Shown here: positions 19,135-28,151 of the stretch, piece after piece
Numbering within the stretch: the stretch's first letter is position 1
Layout of the letters: every line of letters starts with the position of its first letter
Assembly (NCBI GenBank): GCA_049320885.1
Contig: JBMORA010000009.1
Span: 384,001-448,000, forward strand
Source of the DNA: Thermodesulfobacteriota bacterium
GTDB lineage: Bacteria > Desulfobacterota > Desulfobacteria > Desulfobacterales > SURF-7
Length of the DNA stretch: 64,000 nucleotides
Direction: 5' to 3'
Made by a program: the position numbers and the translations under genes
Notes under the pieces: model-generated
What the model was told of the DNA's origin: nothing
The model's database searches: none
What the model saw: only the letters and a program-made list of their open reading frames with translations

Positions 19135-19299
19135 AAAACTGCCCGGCAGGGTTTACCCGGAGGACGCAGCAGGCGGTGAAGCGGATTGCTCTTAACGCCT
19201 GCATGGGGTCGATGAGTCCGGTACGGGCCCTTTCAGCAGGGCGATACCTTGGAAAATAAGGCCGAAGTCGTCGCGTCAGGACGATTTCCGGCCTTTTTT
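19135..19299 (+). ncRNA. unassigned structured RNA (leader/riboswitch or sRNA) upstream of birA-pyc
   Basis: Long irregular hairpin 19139-19239 followed by an intrinsic terminator; possible promoter TTGTAT-16-TATCAT at about 19071-19098. Confidence 0.45.
19258..19299 (+). terminator. intrinsic terminator 45 nt before birA
   Basis: AAGGCCG-AAGTCGTC-gcgtcag-GACGATTT-c-CGGCC-TTTTTT. Confidence 0.75.
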
Positions 19300-19343
19300 A
19301 TTCCTCCGGGCCGATGGACCCGTTGTATGGAAGGGAGGCTGAA

Positions 19344-20162
19344 ATGAGCGGCGCAGGGCACCGGCGAGGAGAAACGGATTGCCTGCCGGCAGGGCTTCGG
19401 CAGACGGGATGCCAGCCGATTGCCGGCGGTGTGGATGAACCGCCGGTTTTCATAGTGGAGGCCTGCGATTCCACCATGAACCTGGCGTGGCGTCTGCTTG
19501 CGGAAGACCGGTTTCCGGAATGGGCCTCGGTGCTGGCGGAAAGCCAGTCCGCGGGACGCGGGCAATTCGGGCGGGGCTGGTATTCCCCGCCGGGGAATCT
19601 GTATGCGTCCCTGCGTCTTCCCCGGCCCGGAACAGCGGTTTGGACCGGACTGCTCCCACTCCTGCTGGCGGCGTCGATGCATGCGATTCTGCGCGGCCGC
19701 GGTTTGCCCGCGGCCATCAAATGGCCGAACGATCTGCTCGTCGCTGGGAAAAAAGTTGGCGGCATACTGGTGGAGATGAAATCCGACGCGGTCATCGCCG
19801 GCGTCGGTCTGAACCTGGCGTGGGCGCCGCAATTCCGTGATTTGCGGCATCCGCTTGCCCCTCCGGCCGGCTGCCTGCGGGAATTCGGGCTGCAAGACGT
19901 TCCCCGGGATATATGGATGCCCTTTGTCCGGGATTTGCGGGCGCGGATGCAGCGGAGTCTGGAACAGGATGATCCGGAACAGTTCACCGAAAGACTGGCC
20001 CCCCATCTGGCCTATGTCGACGAGCGTATTCTGCTGGACGCCCATGCAGCCGGAGAGCGCCCCGTGATTTTTCAAGGGATCGACGCGGGCGGGGGAATCC
20101 GGGTGCTGACCGCCGATGGCGTCAAGATTTACCGTTCCGGGAGCTTGTATCCGGCGGTATGA
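19344..20162 (+). CDS. birA: biotin-protein ligase (no N-terminal HTH)
   Basis: DSTM, QSAGRGQFGRGWYSP, KWPND, KKVGGIL; ATG 19344 with GGGAGG RBS. Confidence 0.9.
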   Translation: MSGAGHRRGETDCLPAGLRQTGCQPIAGGVDEPPVFIVEACDSTMNLAWRLLAEDRFPEWASVLAESQSAGRGQFGRGWYSPPGNLYASLRLPRPGTAVWTGLLPLLLAASMHAILRGRGLPAAIKWPNDLLVAGKKVGGILVEMKSDAVIAGVGLNLAWAPQFRDLRHPLAPPAGCLREFGLQDVPRDIWMPFVRDLRARMQRSLEQDDPEQFTERLAPHLAYVDERILLDAHAAGERPVIFQGIDAGGGIRVLTADGVKIYRSGSLYPAV

Positions 20163-20183
20163 ATTCAGATAAGGAGTGTTGTC

Positions 20184-23100
20184 ATGTCGAAATCATTCGA
20201 ACAAGTCGCGGCTGAAATCCGCGGGAAAAAAATATTGGTGGCCAACCGCGGCATAACGGCCCGGCGGATCATGCGATCCATCCGGGAAGTATTCCAGGCC
20301 GTTCCGGTGCTGACGGTGACCGATGCGGACAAGACCGCGCCCTTCACCGCCGGGGCCCAGGAGTTGATCCTGCTGGGCGAGAATCCCAGGGCGTATCTGT
20401 CCATCGACCGCATCATCTCCCTGGCCAAAAAACACGGAATTTCGGCCGTGCATCCGGGATGGGGTTTCGCCTCGGAGGATTCCGGGTTCCCGCAGAAATG
20501 CCATGAGGCGGATCTCCTGTTCATCGGACCCACCGCGGAAGCCATGCAGCTTCTGGGGAACAAGGTCAAGGTGCGGGAACTGGCCAGCGGCATCGGTATT
20601 CCGGTGGTGCCGGGTTCCGCAGGCGCTGTGGGCATCCATGAGGCCCGCAAGGTGGCCACGGAAATGGGCCTGCCGGTGATGCTGAAGGCCGAAGGTGGCG
20701 GGGGCGGCAGGGGGATTTACGAGGTCCATGACCTGGAACAGCTGGAGAGCGCTTTTATCAAGGCTTCCACCCTGGCCCAGGCCTCCTTCGGGAATCCGCG
20801 CCTGTTTGTGGAAAAACTGCTCACTTCCGTGCGGCACATCGAAATTCAGGTGATCGCGGACCACCACGGCCATGTGTTCGCCTTTGACGAACGGGACTGC
20901 ACGATCCAGCGCAACCATCAGAAACTGGTGGAGATCACCCCTTCCCCCTGGCCGGGCATGACCCCGGAGCGGCGGGAGCGGTTGAAACGCTATGCCGAAA
21001 AACTGGTGCGGGCAGTGGGATATCACTCCCTGGCGACCGTGGAATTCCTGGTGGACGGCGACGGCCATGAATACCTGATCGAGGTCAATACCCGGCTGCA
21101 GGTGGAGCACGGCATCACGGAATGCCGTTACGGCGTGGATCTGGTGGAGGAACAGATCGCCGTCGCCTTCGGCGCCACCCTTCGTTTCCGTCCCGAAACC
21201 ACCCTGCCGGTCAGCCATGCGATTCAGGTCCGGATCAACTGTGAAGATCCCCGCCAGGGCTTTGCGCCCAATTCGGGTCTGATTACCCGGTATATCTCCC
21301 CGGGCGGACCTGGCGTACGCCTGGATTCCTGTATCTCCGGCGGGTATGCCTTCCCGCCCCACTACGACTCGGCGGCGGCCCTGCTCATCGCCTATGGCAG
21401 GGACTGGGAAAAAACCTTGGCCATCCTGGACCGGTCCCTGAACGAATACATCATCGGCGGTCTGAAGACCACCATCCCGTTCCACCGGCGGATCATCAAC
21501 CATCCCCGCTTCCTGTCCGGGAATTACGATACGCGGTTCATCGAAACAACGCCGGAACTGATGGTCTACCGGGATGTGGAACCGGAGGCCATGCGCCTGA
21601 GCCGGCTCGCGGCCGAGATTTCGGCCAGGGGATACAATTCCTTCGTCCAGCTGGGGGACTATCGCGGCACCCAGGACAAACGCATGCCGCCCTTTGCTCC
21701 GGTACTGCCGCCCCTGGAAGAATCAGAGAGATCCGGAAGCGCCTATCCCAGGGGGGACCGCAAGGCCCTGTTGGATTATATCCGGGATTCCGGTCTGGTG
21801 CATTTCACGGACACCACTCCCCGGGATATCACCCAGTCCAACAGCGGCAACCGTTTCCGGCTGGCCGAGGACAAACTCATCGGGCCCTATCTCGACCGGT
21901 GCGGCTTTTTTTCCATCGAGAACGGCGGCGGCGCGCATTTCCATGTGGCCATGATGGCCAACATGACCTATCCCTTCAACGAAGCCAGAAGTTGGAACCA
22001 GTTCGCCCCGAAAACCCTGAAACAGATTCTGGTGCGTTCCACCAACCTGCTGGGCTACAAACCCCAGCCGCGGAATCTCATGCGGCTGACGGGTGAGCGG
22101 ATTTGCGCCCATCACGACGTGATCCGGTGCTTTGACTTTTTGAACCATGTCGACAACATGCAGCCCCTGGCGGAAGTCGTCATGAATTCGCCCGGGAATG
22201 TGTTCGAACCGGCCGTGTCCCTGTCCTGGGCCGAGGGCTTCGATGTGCCGCACTACATGGGTGTGGTGGACGCCATGGTGGCCATGGCGGCTGATGCCGG
22301 AGGCCTGCCCGAGAAAGCGGCGGTCCGGGAGTTCATCCTCGGTTTGAAGGACATGGCCGGGGTTTGTCCGCCCCGTTTCATGCGGGCCCTGGTGACGGCG
22401 ATCCGGAAGAAATACCCCGACCTGGTGATCCATTATCACCGGCATTTCACCGACGGGCTTTTCGTGCCGGCATGCGGGGCCGCGGCCCAGGCCGGCGCCC
22501 ATATTCTGGACACGGCCATCGGCGCGGCCGTCCGCTGGTACGGTCAGGGGGAGGTGTTGTCCACCGCCGCCTACATCGAGGAAGAACTGGGATTGAAAAC
22601 CGGCGTCGACCGGGAGATGATCCGGGCCTGCAATTTCGTCCTCAAGCAGATCATGCCGTATTATGACCGCTATACCGCCCCCTATTTCCGGGGTATCGAT
22701 CATGACGTGGTCTTCCACGGCATGCCCGGCGGCGCCACGTCCTCGTCCCAGGAAGGCGCCATGAAACAGGGCTATATCAACCTGCTGCCCTATATGTTGC
22801 GCTACCTGGCCGGCACCCGCCGGATCGTCCGCTACCACGATGTAACGCCCGGCTCCCAGATCACCTGGAATACCGCTTTTCTTGCGGTCACCAAGGCCTT
22901 CCAGCGCGGAGGCGAGGAAGAGGTCCGCCATCTCTTGTGGGTCCTGGAATCCGTTGCCGGGGTTCCGGAAGACCGTCTGAACGCGGAATTGAAAAAAGAG
23001 CGGCTGATCCTGTACCGGGAAAGCAATGACGCTTTCCGGGATTTGCTCATGGGCCGTTTCGGCCGGCTGCCCCTGGGATTCCCGCCGGATTGGGTTTATG

Positions 23101-23873
23101 AAAGCGTTTTCGGGGAAAAGTACCGGCAGCTGTTGCCCCAGCGCACCCAGGAGTCGCCGCTCGCATCCCTCGTGGATGTGGACTTCGATGCGGAAAAAGC
23201 CGATCTGGCCCGTCAGATCGAGCGGGAACCCACGGGCGAGGAACTGGTCATGTACCTCAACCATCCGGCCGATGCCCTGAAAACCATCCGGTTCCGCCAG
23301 GAATTCGGCAACCCCAACCGCTTGCCTCTGGATGTCTGGTTCGAGGGACTAACCCCGGACCGGGAGCTTGTTTTCAATGACAGCGACGGCAAACCTCACC
23401 GCATGGTCATCCTGGATATGGCGCCGGCCGATGCGGAAGGGGTGAGTCTGGTGCGCTATGCCCTGGATGACGAGACTTTCGCCTATCCGGTCAAAGTCGC
23501 GGCCGCCACGGGCGCTAAAACCGGCATTCTGGAAATGGCCGACCGGAACAATACGTTCCATGTCGGTTCTCCCAGCACCGGGGATCTGTGGGTCATGTAT
23601 GTCAAGCCTGGCGATCTGGTGAAAAAAGGGGAGGAACTGTTCAACATCACCATCATGAAACAGGAGAAGGCGGTGCCGGCCCCCATGGACGGAATTGTGG
23701 AACGGGTATTAAAAACCGCCGATTTCAAGCACGACAAGAAAATGGTGCCGGTGCGGGAAGGCGAACTGCTGGTGGTGTTGGGGGCGGTACCGAAAAAATG
23801 CGCCGGCTGTCAGACCCCCATCCGGGAGGATAGTTTCCGTTTCTGCCCTTCCTGCGGCGCCTCCGTGGAATAA
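20184..23873 (+). CDS. pyc: pyruvate carboxylase with C-terminal zinc ribbon
   Basis: Biotin carboxylase (ANRG, HPGWGFASE, RDCTIQR, NTRLQVEH), carboxyltransferase (DTTPRD, KDMAG, HxH, MPGG), biotinyl domain IMKQE. Confidence 0.93.
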   Translation: MSKSFEQVAAEIRGKKILVANRGITARRIMRSIREVFQAVPVLTVTDADKTAPFTAGAQELILLGENPRAYLSIDRIISLAKKHGISAVHPGWGFASEDSGFPQKCHEADLLFIGPTAEAMQLLGNKVKVRELASGIGIPVVPGSAGAVGIHEARKVATEMGLPVMLKAEGGGGGRGIYEVHDLEQLESAFIKASTLAQASFGNPRLFVEKLLTSVRHIEIQVIADHHGHVFAFDERDCTIQRNHQKLVEITPSPWPGMTPERRERLKRYAEKLVRAVGYHSLATVEFLVDGDGHEYLIEVNTRLQVEHGITECRYGVDLVEEQIAVAFGATLRFRPETTLPVSHAIQVRINCEDPRQGFAPNSGLITRYISPGGPGVRLDSCISGGYAFPPHYDSAAALLIAYGRDWEKTLAILDRSLNEYIIGGLKTTIPFHRRIINHPRFLSGNYDTRFIETTPELMVYRDVEPEAMRLSRLAAEISARGYNSFVQLGDYRGTQDKRMPPFAPVLPPLEESERSGSAYPRGDRKALLDYIRDSGLVHFTDTTPRDITQSNSGNRFRLAEDKLIGPYLDRCGFFSIENGGGAHFHVAMMANMTYPFNEARSWNQFAPKTLKQILVRSTNLLGYKPQPRNLMRLTGERICAHHDVIRCFDFLNHVDNMQPLAEVVMNSPGNVFEPAVSLSWAEGFDVPHYMGVVDAMVAMAADAGGLPEKAAVREFILGLKDMAGVCPPRFMRALVTAIRKKYPDLVIHYHRHFTDGLFVPACGAAAQAGAHILDTAIGAAVRWYGQGEVLSTAAYIEEELGLKTGVDREMIRACNFVLKQIMPYYDRYTAPYFRGIDHDVVFHGMPGGATSSSQEGAMKQGYINLLPYMLRYLAGTRRIVRYHDVTPGSQITWNTAFLAVTKAFQRGGEEEVRHLLWVLESVAGVPEDRLNAELKKERLILYRESNDAFRDLLMGRFGRLPLGFPPDWVYESVFGEKYRQLLPQRTQESPLASLVDVDFDAEKADLARQIEREPTGEELVMYLNHPADALKTIRFRQEFGNPNRLPLDVWFEGLTPDRELVFNDSDGKPHRMVILDMAPADAEGVSLVRYALDDETFAYPVKVAAATGAKTGILEMADRNNTFHVGSPSTGDLWVMYVKPGDLVKKGEELFNITIMKQEKAVPAPMDGIVERVLKTADFKHDKKMVPVREGELLVVLGAVPKKCAGCQTPIREDSFRFCPSCGASVE

Positions 23874-23884
23874 GTTTTTCAATC

Positions 23885-23990
23885 CCCGCAACCTAAGTTG
23901 CCGTGTGAACCTTGCTTGCCCGTCCGGCAAATCCTTGCCGGACGGGCTTTTGTTTGCAACAGCCGCCCCGACCCGCAACCTGGGTTGCCG
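23885..23990. promoter_or_regulatory. pair of palindromic enhancer (UAS)-like sites
   Basis: CCCGCAACCTAAGTTGCCG (23885-23903) and CCCGCAACCTGGGTTGCCG (23972-23990), 17/19 identical, core GCAAC-N4-GTTGC. Confidence 0.65.
23918..23955 (+). terminator. intrinsic terminator of birA-pyc
   Basis: Perfect 13-bp stem GCCCGTCCGGCAA-atcc-TTGCCGGACGGGC followed by TTTTGTTT. Confidence 0.85.
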
Positions 23991-24067
23991 GGAATCCGGT
24001 TTTCCCTCGACCAGTTTTTTACTAATTAAATCCAAATAAATCAAATTAATAGCCGAATTCCTCCCCC

Positions 24068-24083
24068 TGGCACTCCCCTTGCT
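24068..24083 (+). promoter_or_regulatory. sigma54 (-24/-12) promoter
   Basis: TGGCAC-TCCCC-TTGCT, matches consensus; preceded by an AT-rich tract (24014-24051) where IHF would be expected to bind. Confidence 0.8.
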
Positions 24084-24123
24084 CTACTACCGGCCAACGC
24101 TCACAACAACAGGGGGAATCACC

Positions 24124-25791
24124 ATGGCAACCATCACCTTCACCGACAAACTTCCGACCATCGAAACCATCACCCGGATGCTCATTCAGGAAGCGCTCAA
24201 ACGCGCCGGCGGCGACAAGAGCGCCGCTGCCAAAATGCTGGGCCTTTCGGAAAAAAACCTGGGAAACCAGCTCAAGAAATGGCGCTCCATGGTCGGACAG
24301 GCCATGCTGGTTCTGTGCCTGCTTTTCACGGCCCCCGGAGCCCGGGCCGATGAAACCGGCGGCTTCGTGGACGGACAGGTGGTGGTCCGTTTCCAGGCCG
24401 ATGCCCATCCGGCCGATATCGACGCCCTGATCCGGGATCGCGGCCTGGCGGTCCATGAACAAATCGACGCCATTCAGTATTATGTCCTGATCCTGCCGCC
24501 TGGTGCGAGCGTTATGGAAACGGTGGCCGAGCTGAAGAAAAACCCCCTGGTCAGCGCCTGTGAGCCCAATTACGACCATGAAACCCTGGATTTCCCCAAC
24601 GACGAGCTGTTCCCCCGGCAATGGAGCCTGGACAATCCCGAAACAGGCGGCTCCGGCATGGCCGTCACCAAGGCCTGGGAAGTGGAAGCGGGCAGCAGCG
24701 ACATCATCGTGGCGGTCATCGACATGGGCTTCGACCTGACCCATGAGGACCTCCAGGCCAACCTCTGGCGCAATCCGGGCGAAATCGAGAACAACGGTGT
24801 GGACGACGACCGCAACGGCTATGTGGACGATATCACGGGCTGGGATTTCGTCAACCAGCCGGTGGGCCTCGAGGAACCGGCCAACGATTACCGGGATGAG
24901 GACAACGACCCCACCTTCCGGCTCTCCTCCCACGGCAACCGGGTCCAGGGCATCATCGGCGCCACCACCGGCAACGGCATCGGCATCGCCGGCATCGCCG
25001 GCAAGAGCCGGGTGATGCTCATCCGCGCCGGGTACATGAACACCGAAGGCAACGCGGTGCTGAGCTCCTCCCATGTGGCCAAGGGCGTGATCTATGCCGC
25101 GGACAACGGCGCCCGGGTGATCAACATCAGTTCGGGCAGCGATCGCTACAGCAACAGCTACAAGGCGGCCCTGGAATACGCCGCGAGCAAGGGGGTCCTG
25201 ATCGTCTGCAGCGCCGGCAACGAAGGCTCGGGCTCCCTGGTGTACCCGGCGGCCTACGATATCCCCGGCCTGATCTCCGTGGGCGCCACGGACAAGAATG
25301 ACGGCAAATCCTGGTTCTCCAACTTCGGCGACTGGGTGGACGTGTCCGCCCCGGGTCAGAACATCGTCACCACCCTTCTGGACAACGGCTACGGCGAAAC
25401 CCAGGGCACCTCCTTCTCCGCGCCCATGGTGGCGGCCACTGCGGCCTTGATCTTCGCCCGCTACCCCTTGTGGACCCCGGCCCGGGTGAAGGACCAGATC
25501 ATGAATACCGTGGATGTGGCGGCCGGCCTTTCCGGCGCTAACCTGACCTCCGGCCGGATCAACGCCTATCGGGCCTTGACCGCCGATCCCGCCTCCTTCG
25601 GGGAAGAGACGGAAACCACCCGCACCCAGGCCTCGACGGCACAGGCTCCTGCGGCGGAGGAAGGCGGCTCGGGCGGCGGCGGTTGCTTCATCGCCTCCAC
25701 CACCACGGAATATCCTGCAACGGGCATGCTGCCGATGGGTCTGCTCCTCTTGATCGCCGCGGTCTTCCGGCCGGTGCGGAAAAAAGGATAG
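24124..25791 (+). CDS. S8 subtilase with N-terminal Fis-type HTH, internal signal peptide, prodomain and C-terminal CFI-box/GlyGly-type sorting anchor
   Basis: LIQEALKRAGGDKSAAAKMLGLS HTH; KKWR-hydrophobic-ARA signal; VAVIDMG, HGNRVQG, SAGN, GTSFSAP; GGGGCFIA-TM-RKK tail. Confidence 0.88.
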   Translation: MATITFTDKLPTIETITRMLIQEALKRAGGDKSAAAKMLGLSEKNLGNQLKKWRSMVGQAMLVLCLLFTAPGARADETGGFVDGQVVVRFQADAHPADIDALIRDRGLAVHEQIDAIQYYVLILPPGASVMETVAELKKNPLVSACEPNYDHETLDFPNDELFPRQWSLDNPETGGSGMAVTKAWEVEAGSSDIIVAVIDMGFDLTHEDLQANLWRNPGEIENNGVDDDRNGYVDDITGWDFVNQPVGLEEPANDYRDEDNDPTFRLSSHGNRVQGIIGATTGNGIGIAGIAGKSRVMLIRAGYMNTEGNAVLSSSHVAKGVIYAADNGARVINISSGSDRYSNSYKAALEYAASKGVLIVCSAGNEGSGSLVYPAAYDIPGLISVGATDKNDGKSWFSNFGDWVDVSAPGQNIVTTLLDNGYGETQGTSFSAPMVAATAALIFARYPLWTPARVKDQIMNTVDVAAGLSGANLTSGRINAYRALTADPASFGEETETTRTQASTAQAPAAEEGGSGGGGCFIASTTTEYPATGMLPMGLLLLIAAVFRPVRKKG

Positions 25792-25817
25792 GGCGCTTCC
25801 GGGGGACCGTCGGTTTC

Positions 25818-25871
25818 AGGCGGTTTCCACCGGGCCGGGGAAGTTCGATCCCGGCCGGTTGGAAACCGCTT
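25818..25871. terminator. long hairpin between convergent genes
   Basis: GCGGTTTCCA-CCGGGCCGGGG...CCCGGCCGG-T-TGGAAACCGC. Confidence 0.6.
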
Positions 25872-25888
25872 CGGTTTTATGGGGCGGG

Positions 25889-28132
25889 TCAGAAACCGGC
25901 CGTTTCCAGGCGGCAGGGCACAAACCGATGGATGGGCGTGCCCATGGGGTCACGATGGGTATTCTTGGTCAGGCGGTTCACATTGATGCCGTGCACCTTG
26001 CCGTCGTAAATCAACCCGAAGCCGTGGGGGATCAGCACCATGCCGGGGCGGACCTGCTCGCTGACCTCGATTTCGCCGACTTCACTGGCGGCCGCGGTGG
26101 TCACCCGGGCCCGTTGCCCGTCCGTAAAACCCAAAGCCGCCGCATCCGCCGGGTTGATGGCGATGGTGCAGTCCCGTTTGCCCTTGTCCCATTCCGGATT
26201 GCGCATCAGGGTATTGATGTTGTATCGCGTGTGGCGCCCGGCGTTCAGGATCAGGGGGAATTCCTCCGGCATCCGCAGGGCCGCGGTCTCGCCGTCGGCG
26301 GTCAGCTCGCGGGTGGCTGCTTCCATTTCCGGGATGTAGACCTCGATTTTGCCGGACGGGGTCGGCAGGGCGGCTATGTTTTCATCCGGATCGACTTTTC
26401 CCGCCCAGATGCCCTGGGGGGTATCCAGCAGGGCCTGGAAAAGGCGGTCCCCCTGGTCGATCCCCGGCGCGAATCCGGCCCGGGCGGCATTCTTGCGGAA
26501 GGTCTTGGGCGCGGTCATGAGCAGGCCCCAGAGGGCCGCCTTGGCGGCGCTGTCCCATACCCGGCCCAAGGTTTTGGCCAGCACGAAGGGCATGCGGGAC
26601 AGGGCGGCGGGCTCCCGGGCGGCCCATTCCATCAGCTTGGCGCCGAAGGTCAGCCGGTCGGCTTCCGCCGCCTGTTGCAGTTCGGGGGGGATTTCCGGGA
26701 TCAGGCCCAGCCGGTCGGCCAGCCGCGTGAAAATCTGGGAGGCTTCCAGGCACTGGTCCGGCGGATCGACGATGGGCCGGCGCAGCTGCAGAAAGACCTC
26801 CGGAAACGTCCAGGGGAAAAAAGTCGTGTCCCAGGACTCGTAAAAAGTCCGGCAGGGCAACACATAGTGGGCCAGCCGCGCGGTTTCGCTCATGACCATG
26901 TCGTTGACCACCAGGAGATCGAGTTTGGCAAAGGCTTTTTCGTATGCGCCGGTGTCGGGGTAGGAGCGCAGGGGGTTGCAGGCGCTCACATACACCGCCC
27001 GTAGCCGGTCGGGTTGGTCGCTGAGGATTTCCTCGGGCATCACCGCCGGAGGAAAGGAACCGGCGGCCGCCGGCGGCATGCCGGTGGCGACGGTCCGCCA
27101 GATTTTCGGATCGCGCTCGTCGGCGTGGAAACCCATGGGCATGACCATGCCGGGGATGACGTTGCCGCCCCGCACGCCGAAAATACCGCAGACGGTTCCT
27201 AGGATATTCATCAGGTAGGAGTTGAGGGTACTGTTGCGGCCCATGTAAATGCCGAGATCCGGATGCATGCACCAGCGCCTGGTGGTCATCAGCCGGCAGA
27301 GATGCAGAACCTGGTCGTAATCGAGCTCGCAGACCTTGACGGCGGCGCGGCTGTCGAATCCGGTGAACCAGGGCCGGATGCGGTCCCATCCCTCGACATG
27401 CGTATCGATATAGTCTTGGTTCTCCCAGCCCTGTTCGATGATCATGGCGATCATGGCCTTGATCAGCAGGGCGTCGGCGCCGGGCCTTACCGGCAGGTGA
27501 AGGTCGGCGACGGCGGCGGTTTCGGTCTTGCGCGGATCGATGATCACCAGCAGGCGGCCGGGGTCCTTGCTGAAGGCTTTCAAGACCTTCGGCGCCCGGG
27601 GCATCTGGTGGCTTTCCATGCCGTTCCAGCCCCAGCCGACCAGCATTTCCGAGGTCTGCTCGTCGGGCACGGCCACATTGTACTGCCGGCCCAGCATGCG
27701 GCCCAGGAGCCACCAGATGCCGCTGAATTCCTGGCCGGCGGAGGAGTAGTAATAGTGGGAGCCCAGGTTGCGGAGGATGCTCAGACCGAAGGCCGCCTCC
27801 ATATGCCCGCCCTGGGAGCTGCCGCCCATATACGCCAGGCAGCGCGGTCCATGCCGGTCCACCAGGGCGCGCAGCTTGTCGGCGATTTCCCCGATGGCCT
27901 GATCCCAGGATATGGGCACCAGGCGGTCGCCTTCCCGTTTCAAGGGTTCGGTCAGGCGGTCCGCCGGATACTGGTGATAGAGCACATTGAGCCCCTTGCG
28001 GCAGGCGTAACCCTGACTGCGGAGGTTTTCCGGGTCCGGCCGCACCTTGACCATCCGGTTGTTTTCCACCAAAATTTCCAACCCGCAATTTTGGGCGCAC
28101 AGCACGCAGCCGGTTTTATGCCATCCGTTCAT
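25889..28132 (-). CDS. cytoplasmic molybdopterin (Mo/W-bisPGD) oxidoreductase, DMSO reductase superfamily
   Basis: CVLCAQNC...C [4Fe-4S]; IDPRKTETA, RPGAD, AHYVLP, INPADA; no Tat signal; start ATG 28132. Confidence 0.88.
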   Translation of the reverse strand: MNGWHKTGCVLCAQNCGLEILVENNRMVKVRPDPENLRSQGYACRKGLNVLYHQYPADRLTEPLKREGDRLVPISWDQAIGEIADKLRALVDRHGPRCLAYMGGSSQGGHMEAAFGLSILRNLGSHYYYSSAGQEFSGIWWLLGRMLGRQYNVAVPDEQTSEMLVGWGWNGMESHQMPRAPKVLKAFSKDPGRLLVIIDPRKTETAAVADLHLPVRPGADALLIKAMIAMIIEQGWENQDYIDTHVEGWDRIRPWFTGFDSRAAVKVCELDYDQVLHLCRLMTTRRWCMHPDLGIYMGRNSTLNSYLMNILGTVCGIFGVRGGNVIPGMVMPMGFHADERDPKIWRTVATGMPPAAAGSFPPAVMPEEILSDQPDRLRAVYVSACNPLRSYPDTGAYEKAFAKLDLLVVNDMVMSETARLAHYVLPCRTFYESWDTTFFPWTFPEVFLQLRRPIVDPPDQCLEASQIFTRLADRLGLIPEIPPELQQAAEADRLTFGAKLMEWAAREPAALSRMPFVLAKTLGRVWDSAAKAALWGLLMTAPKTFRKNAARAGFAPGIDQGDRLFQALLDTPQGIWAGKVDPDENIAALPTPSGKIEVYIPEMEAATRELTADGETAALRMPEEFPLILNAGRHTRYNINTLMRNPEWDKGKRDCTIAINPADAAALGFTDGQRARVTTAAASEVGEIEVSEQVRPGMVLIPHGFGLIYDGKVHGINVNRLTKNTHRDPMGTPIHRFVPCRLETAGF

Positions 28133-28151
28133 ATTCCCATCCTCTGGTTTT

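Noticed and set aside
19208..19235. Hammerhead ribozyme-like GATGAGTCCG-GTA-CGGGC
   Set aside because: Lacks the CUGAUGA start and the GAAA core
19140..19255. ykkC, c-di-GMP-I or SRP identity for the birA leader
   Set aside because: Only fragments (CAGGGTT, GTCCG, GGACGCA) resemble them; the conserved cores are missing, so it is left unassigned
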